From Clostridia bacterium (GTDB lineage: Bacteria; Bacillota; DTU025): 32,000 nucleotides of DNA. Where the stretch lies: assembly GCA_034926675.1 (NCBI GenBank), contig JAYFQW010000081.1, positions 1 through 32,000 on the forward strand. The letters run 5' to 3'. The position numbers and the translations under genes were made by a program. The notes under the pieces are model-generated. The model saw only the letters and a list, made by a program, of their open reading frames with translations, made no database searches and was not told where the DNA came from. Shown one piece after another: positions 1-8,525 of this stretch (positions within the stretch are counted from its first letter, which is position 1; every line of letters begins with the position of its first letter).

Positions 1-882
1 GTACACATGCTTCGGTTCGGGGCGTCCGGTCCCGGGCATAGTCATCGAAGTTGGTTTCTCAAAGTGCAGGCTGTATTCGTACGAAGTCTTGTCCCAGGTG
101 CTTGCCTGCCTGTATGCCCAGCTGGCCTCCACTCTATCCAGGGCGTCGTACTTGTACCATGATGCGGCCCAGTCGCCGAACCCCGGGCCCGTCTGCACAG
201 CGCTCCAGAGCAGCCTGCCCGCGATGTCGTATCCCTGGTATGCTAGTCGCTCAGGCTCCCCGACTCTCCGTGGGGCGCTCTCCTTCTCCCATCGGACCGC
301 AGCCGAGTACCCGACCGGCGCCATCTCAGGCGGGGCTGGCGGCAGTGACATGGGGACCGACCCAGCGCTGACGCGCCATACTTCAGAGAACGTCCTGTCA
401 ACATCGCTTACGTTTGCCTCTTTGGGATAGTAGGTTCGTATCCTCCGTCCGAACGCATCGTATTCGTGCTTGGTCTCATGCGCTGTGCCGAACGCATCGT
501 ATTCTCGCACCGCGTATCCCAACGAGTCGTACTGCACACGGGCGACCTGCCGCCAATCTTCCTCTTCCTGCTCCGCGAGGACGAAGCGACCTAGGCCGTC
601 GCATGTCTCCCTGATTCTGTGGCTGCGGTCGTCGGCTATGGGCTCAGCGATTGTGACTGAGAACTTGGAATCGTCGTAGACGCGGCTATACACGGGGCGT
701 TTGGGATCGCCAAGGCTTTGTGCTGGCCTTTCCACTGTCAGAAGCCGCCCGATGCCATCGTAAGTATACCTGTTGTATGATGCATTCGCCGAGGGATCGC
801 CGACGGTGAACTTGTTGTACTGTATCACCCTTCCATACCATCCTTGCGGTCCTGTTCTCGAGCGTCGTGATGCTTGGCCTTG
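1..882 (-). CDS. YD-repeat (RHS-family) protein fragment. The frame is open to the left window edge and has no start codon of its own
   Basis: My own translation of the minus strand (codon starts at positions divisible by 3) is stop-free from 882 to 1. It contains at least six YD-repeat units: YTYDGIGRLLTVE, ETCDGLGRFVLAE, VQYDSLGYAVRE, EYDAFGTAHETKHEYDAFGRRIRTYY, YQGYDIAGRLLWS and YKYDALDRVEAS. It is absent from the ORF track because it has neither a Met start nor a stop inside the window. The upstream boundary is a TAG at 883-885. Confidence 0.6.
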
Positions 883-1903
883 CTAGAACCTTTGCCTTGC
901 CCGAACTCTCAAGCATTCTGATGTGTGTTACGATCTCAAGCGCACTCCTCAGCCACGGCCTTGCCTTGAACACGTCCCCGAATTCCTGCGGCGTGGTTCC
1001 CGGGGGAAGCTCCGTCTCTTTCAGCGCGAGCGTGAACACCGGCTGGCCTTGACTTCCCTGCCAGTCGATGCCCACGGAGCCCATATCGTCGGAATACGCC
1101 TCCACAATCTCGACGTCGAACGAGATCAGGGCTGGAACGCGGTCGAGTTCTCCAATTGCGTTCTCAACCTGATCCATATCTTCGACGGGTGCGGTTACTG
1201 CGATGGCGTTCGCGCCTCTTATGGGCGTCAGCCTTGCTGACTGAAATTGGCCTTGCAGAGACATCGCGGTCTCAGCGGCATCGGCGTAGCAAAGACGGAC
1301 GAGCCGAAAAGCCTGACTCTCGAGCCGACTGTGGGACGGATTCCTAAGGTAGCCATCAAGCGCCGCTCTGACTGCATTTACTTGACTGTACGGACCTCGG
1401 ACCACTACAGCCTTCAACTCAGAGAACGGCTGCGCCTCAATGTCTTTCCCTACTGCCTCTATCAGTGGGAGGATTGACTGAAGATCCCAGGCGGAGACGT
1501 CGAAGACCTGCACCCGCTCATCACGATGTACAGGTCTCCGTCAACCGTTGCCTGGGCGCCCGACGCCCTGGCTATCGTCTCGAGCGTGCTCGAAGGGGAC
1601 GTTTACAAGGCAAACGGTGATCTTCGCGTTGATGGCGTCATCGATAACGATGTTCACGCCAGCAGCCGATGCGAGTTGGGAGATCACCAACCTAGCATCC
1701 TGGGATGCCGCGTTGATGGACACGAGGGGAGAATGCACTTCAGAAGCCGGGCTCGATGCGCAAGCGCAGGAAGCGACACCGCAAGTCGCGCAGAGGAACA
1801 CGACTAGCGCAGCAAGAAGGCGCCACAGGCGGAACGACGCTGTTTGAGCCTCGAGATGAGTGGGAGCGGACCTGCGAGAAACTGCCTCGGCCATGGCTTC
1901 CAC
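840..1903 (-). pseudogene. Secretin (PilQ/GspD family) gene remnant: in-frame stop, local frameshift pair and 3' truncation
   Basis: ORFs 1541..1903 and 686..1513 share one frame and are separated by an in-frame TGA (1538-1540). The N-terminal part has an export-type hydrophobic segment (WRLLAALVVFLCATCGVASCACA), then a secretin N0-like motif (VSINAASQDARLVISQLASAAGVNIVIDDAINAKITVCLVNVPFEHA). The distal part has a secretin-domain start (ISFDVEIVEAYSDDMGSVGIDW ... LESSGKAKVLARPSITTLENRTARM). Between about 1520 and 1590 a shifted frame reads LETIARASGAQATVDGDLYIV, a much better N0 continuation, which implies a +1/-1 indel pair. Secretin-like sequence stops near 840, well short of a complete C-domain. 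Confidence 0.6.
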
Positions 1904-2435
1904 CTCGCGTGCATAGCCACATGGCAGCGAACACTAGCACATAGAAGGTGAGAGCATCTTGCAGGATTTGTGGCTTGATTCTTTGGCACTTACAGATTCC
2001 TCCCACTATTTAGCGATTCCTCCTTGCAACAGCTCGCGAAATCACTACAGATATCTATGAATTATGTGATTCTTCGATGGCCTTTGTAAGGGTATCATCT
2101 TCACTGCCCTAACCATCCCAACCGAAAACTAACAGAAATCGCGCGCCTTCTTCAAGTTCCACTCTGCGACTGATGCCTTCGTCTTGGACAACTGGCGCTG
2201 CCGCGATCGCCGTTGGGGACTCTGACCCGGCAGGTCTCGATCGCGTCAGGTACACCACCAATGAGTGTAGGCACACCCGCAGGCGTGCCCACCGCGCGCC
2301 AAGCCATCGGTTCTTCGCATTTGCCTGGACCTCGCCAGCCCTACTGCGAAGCTACAGAGAGTTGGCGGGCGGGTTCTAGCTTTGTCCGGACTGAATATGC
2401 TCTACAGGTGGCTTTGCGCCCCTGGAGGTACGGCT

Positions 2436-3407
2436 GTGGGGAGGTTCCTGTGTATCGCTGCGCTGCTGTGCGTACTCGTAATAGTCGCAGTTCCGAGTGG
2501 GATTGCCCTGCTCATTGGGTCGCCGAACCGGGATCGCGAGGGGATCATGAGCATTTCCCTGTACGATTCCAGCACGGGCGCAATCAGGCGGATGACTCTC
2601 CAGGAGTACCTTGTGGGTGTGGTCGCTGCGGAGATGCCTGCCTCATTCGGATATGAGGCCCTGAAGGCGCAGGCGGTGGCTGCGAGGACCTACACTATCC
2701 GCAGGATCATCCAGAACAGGGAGGCGCCGTGCGACGCACACAGGGGAGCGGACATGTGCAGCGATCCCGGGCACTGCCAGGCGTGGTGTTCCAGAGAAGA
2801 GCTTGTCCGGAAATGGGGTGTGGCATCGTACATATCCAATGTGCGGACTATCATCGGGGCAGTCGCCGACACGGATGGTCTTGTGATGACATATCAGGGC
2901 CAGCTCATTGATGCCGTGTACCATTCCTGCTGCGGAGGAGTCACTGAGGACGCGGCAGATGTCTGGGGCCGGAAGGCGCCTTATCTGGTCCCTGTGAGAT
3001 GCGATTACGAGGGAAGGGCAGGAGGGCTTACAGAATCAAAGACCTTCACCAGCGCTCAACTCATCGCAGCATTGGGAATCAGGGATCGGGCGGTTCCGAC
3101 GCTCTCTTCTGGAGTGAGGGTGGCGGCGACGACCCCCACTGCACGAGCCAGTGTGGTTTCGGTGTACGGCGTGCCTGTGCTGGCAGCCGACCTCCGTCGG
3201 GCTCTCTCCTTGAAATCCACTGCGCTTGCGGTGCGCAGTGATAGCGGCAAAGTCACGTTCACTACTAGAGGATACGGCCACGGCGTCGGGATGTGTCAGT
3301 GGGGAGCAGATGGCATGGCAGCTGCCGGCATCAGTTTCGACCGCATTCTCCTGCATTACTATACCGGGGTTCAGATTCAGAGAATCCGGTTGGGGCCTGG
3401 GGAATAG
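2436..3407 (+). CDS. spoIID: Stage II sporulation protein D (SpoIID, lytic transglycosylase family)
   Basis: MTLQEYLVGVVAAEMPASFGYEALKAQAVAARTYTIRR and the C-terminal TTRGYGHGVGMCQWGADGMAAAG ... HYYTG match the SpoIID family as I remember B. subtilis SpoIID. I set the start at GTG 2436 because GGAGG at 2424-2428 lies 7 nt upstream and the product then begins MGRFLCIAALLCVLVIVAV, a TM anchor. The ORF-track start at 2382 and the ATG at 2397 lack a Shine-Dalgarno. Confidence 0.85.
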   Translation: MGRFLCIAALLCVLVIVAVPSGIALLIGSPNRDREGIMSISLYDSSTGAIRRMTLQEYLVGVVAAEMPASFGYEALKAQAVAARTYTIRRIIQNREAPCDAHRGADMCSDPGHCQAWCSREELVRKWGVASYISNVRTIIGAVADTDGLVMTYQGQLIDAVYHSCCGGVTEDAADVWGRKAPYLVPVRCDYEGRAGGLTESKTFTSAQLIAALGIRDRAVPTLSSGVRVAATTPTARASVVSVYGVPVLAADLRRALSLKSTALAVRSDSGKVTFTTRGYGHGVGMCQWGADGMAAAGISFDRILLHYYTGVQIQRIRLGPGE

Positions 3408-3493
3408 ACACACCATGGCTTCCGTGGCCTTCGGCCTGGAAGTCACGCATACCCCTGCCTGCCTCGGGGAAGAATTCGCCCCGAGGTGGTTTC

Positions 3494-4111
3494 ATGCTCA
3501 GGAAGAAGATCTCTGCGCGTTTGGTCGTAATTACGGCTGTCGCCGCAGTGTCGTTGTGTATCGGCTATTCTGCGGCCCTCGTCTGGCCATGGCGCGCCAC
3601 GGCGCCAACTGGTCCTCAGGTGACTGCGGCTGGGATCAAGACTGACACCGGGGACACCTGGATCTCTGCAGGCCTAGATGCAGCTACGCCGGTCAGCGCT
3701 CCGGCGCCAAGAAGGCCAGAGACGATGACGATGCCAGTTCAGGGGAAGGTGGTCGCGGACTATGGCTGGCAGCGGGATCCCATCCTTTCGGACTGGCGAT
3801 TCAGGGACGGAATCGACATTCTGTGTGACGCGGGTGCGCAGGCGTCAGCAGCACTATCAGGCACGGTGCGCGAGGCAGCTGGGAATGGATCATCCGGCTT
3901 CACAGTAGTCCTGGAACACAGGGGCGGAGTCTCAACGGTCTACGCCAATCTCAGGACGCTTTTGGTATCCACGGGCGACTCAGTGGAACAGGGGTCTGGC
4001 ATAGGGGATGTGGGGGCATCGCCTGAGGCAGGCGGCAGCGTGCTTCGATTCAAGGTCGAGTGCGAGGGGGAGCTCAGAGATCCCGCGTCCTGCATGGGGC
4101 TTGTGTTCTAG
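3494..4111 (+). CDS. SpoIIQ-like membrane-anchored protein with degenerate LytM/M23 domain
   Basis: ATG 3494 is preceded by GAGGTGG (3484-3490). The N-terminal TM is LVVITAVAAVSLCIGYSAALVW. The M23 fold signature is present, but the metal and catalytic residues are replaced: RDGID for HxGxD, YANL for YAHL, VLRF for HLHF. Its position between spoIID and spoIIID-mbl matches the conserved Firmicute arrangement. The ORF-track start at 3293 overlaps the spoIID 3' end and is unlikely. Confidence 0.65.
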   Translation: MLRKKISARLVVITAVAAVSLCIGYSAALVWPWRATAPTGPQVTAAGIKTDTGDTWISAGLDAATPVSAPAPRRPETMTMPVQGKVVADYGWQRDPILSDWRFRDGIDILCDAGAQASAALSGTVREAAGNGSSGFTVVLEHRGGVSTVYANLRTLLVSTGDSVEQGSGIGDVGASPEAGGSVLRFKVECEGELRDPASCMGLVF

Positions 4112-4122
4112 CTGAGGAATAA

Positions 4123-4166
4123 TCCCTCCCTGTACGAATACCTATCTAGCAAACGACAGGGAGGGA
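4123..4166 (+). promoter_or_regulatory. Perfect 11-bp stem hairpin whose 3' arm contains the spoIIID Shine-Dalgarno
   Basis: TCCCTCCCTGT (4123-4133) and ACAGGGAGGGA (4156-4166) are exact reverse complements with a 22-nt loop. The 3' arm overlaps the GGGAGGGAGG run upstream of ATG 4180. No U-tract follows, so it is not a classical terminator. Confidence 0.4.
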
Positions 4167-4179
4167 GGCCGGACGACAC

Positions 4180-4437
4180 ATGAGGGAGTACATTCGTCGG
4201 CGCGTCCTTGAAATAACTGACCACATGATTGAGACCAAGGCCACGGTGCGCCAGACGGCGCGCCTGTTTAATGTGAGCAAGAGTACTGTTCACAAGGATG
4301 TGACCGAGAGGCTTCCCTCGATCAACAAGCAGCTTGCACGCAAAGTAAAGAAAATTCTTGACCAAAACAAGGCCGAGAGGCATATCAGAGGGGGCGAGGC
4401 GACCAGAAGGAAGTACCGCACCGCTCTCCATAGCTGA
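4180..4437 (+). CDS. spoIIID: Stage III sporulation protein D, mother-cell HTH transcription factor
   Basis: The 85-aa product MREYIRRRVLEITDHMIETKATVRQTARLFNVSKSTVHKDVTERLPSINKQLARKVKKILDQNKAERHIRGGEATRRKY is nearly colinear with B. subtilis SpoIIID (VSKSTVHKDLTERLP, RHLRGGEAT). Confidence 0.95.
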   Translation: MREYIRRRVLEITDHMIETKATVRQTARLFNVSKSTVHKDVTERLPSINKQLARKVKKILDQNKAERHIRGGEATRRKYRTALHS

Positions 4438-4550
4438 TGTATGATGGAAGGTGAAACCGGACTGAGGCCGAATTCTACCGAAATCCAGAGGATGACCCGC
4501 AGTGACTGGTTCAAGCTGGTCATTCCCCTGGCACACCCGGGGGTAGCGGA

Positions 4551-5561
4551 ATGGCGTGGTCACAGATGGACATGGGAATCGACTTAGGCACTGAGAACAT
4601 CCGGGTCTTCGTTCGAGGGCGGGGAGTGGTTATCGACGAGCGCTCAGTAGTGGCAGTGCACGCCCGGACCGGCCAGTTCCTCGAGGCCGGGAACCGAGCG
4701 AGCGAAGCTCTGTACAAGGACCCATACGAGAGGAAACTCATCAAGCCGATTTCAGCCGGGGCGATCTCTCGATATGATGGTGCGCTGATGATACTGAGGT
4801 GGGCCATTGCCAGGGCCATTGGCGGCGCGGTCATCCGCCCCAGAGTGGTATTGTCGGCGCCGTCGCGTGCAACCGACGTGGAGAGGCGAGCTTTGAGGCA
4901 GGCCGCGATGGAGGCTGGGGCGCGTGAGATCGCTATGATCGAGGCCCCGATGGCCGCTGCGATTGGCGCCGGCATAGATGTGTTCGAATCCACAGGGCAT
5001 ATGGTTGTAGACATAGGAGCAGGTGTAACCGATATTGGCGTGATAGCCATCGGCGGGCTGGTTGCTGGGGACAGGCTCGACACTGGAGGAGACAGCTTCG
5101 ATAAGGCCCTGATAAGGTACGTTCGCTCGTCGAGGAACCTGATGTTAGGAGACCGGGCCGCAGAATGCATGAAGGCGGAAGTGGGAGCGGCGCATGGCGG
5201 CGTCGCTGCCCTTTCCATGATAGTGCATGGGCGCGATCTCGCCTCGGGCCTCCCAAGGGAGGCCAGTGTGACATCGCAGGAGATCTCCGAAGCACTGTCA
5301 GCGTGCTTGCGGGACATCTCCGATGCGGTAAGATGTGTAATAGAAGCAACACCGCCTGAGCTAATAGCGGATATCTCTGAGCACGGCATACTCCTTACTG
5401 GCGGAGCATCGCGCCTGCGAGGAATCGCCGATTGTGTCGGGGAAGCGGCAGGTGTTCGCGCGCTGGTCGCTCCTGACCCCGCGAGGTGCGTGATTAACGG
5501 CCTTGGAAGGTTCGCAGAGGGCATGGACCTGCGCGTGACATCCAGCGTCAAAAGAGTATGA
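4551..5561 (+). CDS. mreB: MreB/Mbl family actin-like rod-shape protein
   Basis: MGIDLGTENIRVFVRGRGVVIDERSVVAV, DVERRALRQAAMEAGAREIAMIEAPMAAAIGAG, GHMVVDIGAGVTDI and ILLTGGASRLRGI are canonical MreB motifs. Its position directly after spoIIID is the mbl position in Bacillus and Clostridia. The start could also be ATG 4566 or 4572. Confidence 0.9.
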   Translation: MAWSQMDMGIDLGTENIRVFVRGRGVVIDERSVVAVHARTGQFLEAGNRASEALYKDPYERKLIKPISAGAISRYDGALMILRWAIARAIGGAVIRPRVVLSAPSRATDVERRALRQAAMEAGAREIAMIEAPMAAAIGAGIDVFESTGHMVVDIGAGVTDIGVIAIGGLVAGDRLDTGGDSFDKALIRYVRSSRNLMLGDRAAECMKAEVGAAHGGVAALSMIVHGRDLASGLPREASVTSQEISEALSACLRDISDAVRCVIEATPPELIADISEHGILLTGGASRLRGIADCVGEAAGVRALVAPDPARCVINGLGRFAEGMDLRVTSSVKRV

Positions 5562-5592
5562 TTGGTCTAGTCAACAGGCATCGAGAGGAGCG

Positions 5593-7491
5593 TTGCGTCG
5601 AGTGTTTAGGAGGATTTCGTCTGGGAGATTTCTTGCCTTCGCGGTCATCGCTTGCATTGTCGTCCTTTGGGCGCATTCACCGGCCATGGCCGCCTCCAGC
5701 GGTGTGCCTACCATGGGTGTTCACGAACTCACTCCTGGTATGGCGGCATCCGGCAGGACGGTCTTCGCAGGAACGGCGCCGGAGGACTTCCCAGTGGAGA
5801 TCCTCGGAGTGCTTCCCGGGGCCGGACAGGTCGGAGATCTCGTGCTGATCCGGGCTTTTGGTCCTGCCATTGATAAGGCAGGAGGCATAGCTGAGGGCAT
5901 GAGCGGCAGCCCGGTGTATGTCGACGGGAAGCTGATCGGCGCAATAGCATTCGTTTTCCCGTCGGGGGATCAGTCAGTGGGGATGGTTACGCCAATTGCG
6001 GACATGATGAGGATGCTGTCGTATCCAGACAATGCTGATCGAAGCGCATCAGTTTGGACAGGCGCTCCCCTAGGCCTTGTCGCATCTACGGTGATGGTGA
6101 GTGGCCTATCCGGCAGGGCATACGATAGACTAGCGGATTCGCTGAAGAAGCTCGGAATTGCGGCCAGGCAGGGCGCTGCATACACAGCTGCTGCGGGGGT
6201 CAGTGGAAATGGATCGTTTGCCAGCGGCTTGTCACAGGTCGAGCCCATAATTCCAGGCTCTGCCATAGGGGTGCAGCTTGCGCAGGGAGATATCGAGATC
6301 ACTTCATTCGGGACTGTTACGTACGTCGAAGGGGACAGGTTCCTTGCGTTCGGCCACCCTCTGCGCGGTGTGGGTGTGACTGACCTTCCTGCGTGCTCAG
6401 CGTATGTGCATGGCGTGTTCAAATCGAACGCATCGCCGTTCAAGGTGATGTCGTCAGGACGTCAGGTCGGAGCATTCAGTCAGGACCGCCTGACTGGCAT
6501 GCTGGGCAGGACTGGCGCGAATGCGGCGATGACGCCCGTCAGGGTGCGGGTGGTTGACGGGGAGACGGGACGCGAGAAGGAGACCATCGCACGGATTACC
6601 ACAGATGACCTGATCATTGCCGACGTATTCGGCTCCGCAGTTCTGGCCGCAACCGACCGCACGCTCGAGCGAGTTGGAAAGGGCGCAGCAACCGTCACTC
6701 TCAAGGTAGACCTGGACGGCAGGGAACCTTTCGAGCGGATCAACACGTTCTGTAGTAATTCGGATGTAGCTGGGGCGAGCGCGTCGGAGGCTGTGGACAT
6801 CGTAAACCTGATCGCTTCCAACACCATTGAGAGGGCGAAGATCTCGGGCATCGATCTGGTCGTGCAGGTGGACCCGGTGCGCCGCACTGCCGCCATAGAG
6901 AAGGTCAAAGTGGCTCAGAATCAGGTGAAGCCAGGCGACACCATCGATGTGGAGGTGACTCTGAGAGAGTACCGTGGAGAGAGAATCGTAAAGACGGTGC
7001 AACTGGCAATCCCAGAGGATGTGCCGGGCGGTCCGATCTCCATATGTGTGAGGGGTGGAAGCCCTGCATACGATGAGGAGGATTACAGCTGCCTCCCACC
7101 GACCATCGAAGAGCTTCTCAAGATGGATCTGGACACAATGCTTGAGAAGCTTGGCGCCCGCTACCGCGGGAACGAGCTTGTCGTGGAACTTGAGCCATAC
7201 TATACCGACGAAGCCGGGACGCCTGGCAAGGAGGCGCCTGCCCATGACGCTTCCGGGGAACCGCAGCCCCATCGGGGCAACCCGCTGGATTCTGCCAAGG
7301 GCATGGATAAGCAGCAGGATAAGGCGGCCAAGCCGACTATCGCGCCTCCTGAAGAGGAACTGTCTCCTGAGCCTGTGGTGTCGAAAGTAGCGACAGACTG
7401 GGTCATCGAGGGGATCAGGTGGGCAACTGTTGAGATAGAAACACCTGTGGATGACGTCCCCATTGCGGACGAGACTGCATCCGACTGGTAA
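5593..7491 (+). CDS. SpoIVB-type peptidase S55 domain protein (secreted, no recognisable PDZ, long C-terminal extension)
   Basis: The signal peptide is FLAFAVIACIVVLWAHSPAMA. AGGIAEGMSGSPVYVDGKLIGAIAFVF (nt 5896-5913 encode GMSGSP) closely resembles the catalytic-Ser region of B. subtilis SpoIVB ([26 protein letters not shown]). GTVTYVEGDRFLAFGHPL (6310-6363) resembles the SpoIVB His region (GTMTFYEP..YGALGHVI). The C-terminal roughly 100 aa are acidic and Pro-rich and look disordered. Confidence 0.65.
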   Translation: MRRVFRRISSGRFLAFAVIACIVVLWAHSPAMAASSGVPTMGVHELTPGMAASGRTVFAGTAPEDFPVEILGVLPGAGQVGDLVLIRAFGPAIDKAGGIAEGMSGSPVYVDGKLIGAIAFVFPSGDQSVGMVTPIADMMRMLSYPDNADRSASVWTGAPLGLVASTVMVSGLSGRAYDRLADSLKKLGIAARQGAAYTAAAGVSGNGSFASGLSQVEPIIPGSAIGVQLAQGDIEITSFGTVTYVEGDRFLAFGHPLRGVGVTDLPACSAYVHGVFKSNASPFKVMSSGRQVGAFSQDRLTGMLGRTGANAAMTPVRVRVVDGETGREKETIARITTDDLIIADVFGSAVLAATDRTLERVGKGAATVTLKVDLDGREPFERINTFCSNSDVAGASASEAVDIVNLIASNTIERAKISGIDLVVQVDPVRRTAAIEKVKVAQNQVKPGDTIDVEVTLREYRGERIVKTVQLAIPEDVPGGPISICVRGGSPAYDEEDYSCLPPTIEELLKMDLDTMLEKLGARYRGNELVVELEPYYTDEAGTPGKEAPAHDASGEPQPHRGNPLDSAKGMDKQQDKAAKPTIAPPEEELSPEPVVSKVATDWVIEGIRWATVEIETPVDDVPIADETASDW

Positions 7492-7505
7492 GCTGGGATG
7501 GACGC

Positions 7506-8525
7506 CTACGCCAACTGCCCGGGTTGTCTTGAGAAGACGGCTCGGGCCTTTCGCTGTTCAGCAAACCATCGCAGTGAATCAGAGATCGAATCCCGAAGCG
7601 GCCTTGGTGAGTATCCCAGCTCTCTTCTGGCCTTCGCGCTGCTTATGTCGCAGTTCGACAGCAGCGTTTCGATGGAATACTTGGTGATGCGAGTTGGGAT
7701 CCGCGTCAGAGCCGAGACCGTCATTGCTACGTGAGCCGCGACCCGAGCAAGCCACGCCGGAATCCTCACGCGAGTGATCCGACGCCTGCCAGATACCTCA
7801 TCGACTACCCGGCCCAGATTCGCTACAGTGATGCACTCGCCGGACAGAATATAGGTCTCGCCAGGCCTGCCTTTCTCGCATGCGAGTATGTGGCCGATGG
7901 CGACATCACGGACATCAACGAAATCGTAAGCTCCTTCCGGGACGGCTCTGAGGGAGCCCGATGCGAGATCCAGAAGCACCTGGCCCATTATGGATACACG
8001 GTAGTCGTAAGGACCGATCACCCCTGTGGGGCAGACGATCACCGCGTTCAACCCGCGCTTGGCCGCGTTGAGCACTGCCAGAGAGGCGTGGGCCTTTGAC
8101 CTGTCATACCCACCCCTGGAGCGGTTGGGATCGAATCCGCACGATTCGTCGATGGTGCGGCCCTTCGGCGGCTCTACCAGGGAATGAATGGAGCTGGTGT
8201 ACACGAGCTTCTTTACCCCTGCACGTTCCACCGCAGCAATGACGTTGATTGTTCCCTCAACGTTTACTCTGTTCACAAGCGCCTCCTGCTCAGGGGAGAT
8301 CACCACGAGGCCTGCGACGTGGTAGACGGCCTCGGCGCCAGAAAACGCCCTGTCGAGGGAATCCGGATCCAGTATGTCTCCGCGGACCACATCTACATCC
8401 AGCCCTGAGATGGCGCCCGTATCTTCAGACGGCAGAACCAGGGCCCTTACCTGTTTTCCGCGGGCCAATAGCTCCCGAACCAGCACATTCCCGATGTGGC
8501 CAGTTGCGCCTGTCACGACGATCAT
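7506..8525 (-). CDS. NAD-dependent epimerase/dehydratase (extended SDR; dihydroflavonol-reductase/HpnA-like)
   Basis: MIVVTGATGHIGNVLVRELLARG is a Rossmann GxxGxxG motif, followed by YTSS...YDRSK (catalytic YxxxK). I set the start at ATG 8525 because GGAGG lies 8 nt upstream on the minus strand. The ORF-track TTG at 8543 sits inside that SD. Confidence 0.8.
   Translation of the reverse strand: MIVVTGATGHIGNVLVRELLARGKQVRALVLPSEDTGAISGLDVDVVRGDILDPDSLDRAFSGAEAVYHVAGLVVISPEQEALVNRVNVEGTINVIAAVERAGVKKLVYTSSIHSLVEPPKGRTIDESCGFDPNRSRGGYDRSKAHASLAVLNAAKRGLNAVIVCPTGVIGPYDYRVSIMGQVLLDLASGSLRAVPEGAYDFVDVRDVAIGHILACEKGRPGETYILSGECITVANLGRVVDEVSGRRRITRVRIPAWLARVAAHVAMTVSALTRIPTRITKYSIETLLSNCDISSAKARRELGYSPRPLRDSISDSLRWFAEQRKARAVFSRQPGQLA

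Noticed and set aside
51-679. Four overlapping + strand ORFs (51..371, 89..430, 414..614, 470..679)
   Set aside because: They lie antisense to the stop-free YD-repeat frame. They are P/R/S/A-rich low-complexity products typical of shadow ORFs in high-GC DNA, and none has an SD.
1538-1540. The in-frame TGA in the secretin gene as a recoded codon (Sec, or Gly/Trp reassignment)
   Set aside because: TGA clearly terminates well-conserved genes in the same window: tamB at 10973-10975, the lptD moiety at 17533-17535 and the ABC-module protein at 21251-21253. The flanking 66 nt also read better in another frame, which points to indels and not recoding.
2040-2435. Sigma-E / sigma-G type sporulation promoters upstream of spoIID (and in 4112-4179 for spoIIID)
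   Set aside because: I found only partial matches to the ATA...CATACA-T type consensus (for example GAATATGCT near 2392). This is not enough to call from sequence alone.
3293-3493. Upstream extension of the SpoIIQ-like ORF
   Set aside because: It overlaps the spoIID 3' end in another frame. The first plausible SD plus ATG with a TM-anchor N-terminus is at 3494.
4520-5551. 343-aa minus-strand ORF
   Set aside because: It is exactly antisense to the strongly supported mreB/mbl gene. Its A/S/P/R-rich composition and lack of motifs mark it as a high-GC shadow ORF. The same reasoning applies to 6454..7272, 8779..9681, 10306..10965, 16777..17475, 19807..20430, 22295..22861 and 24472..24951.
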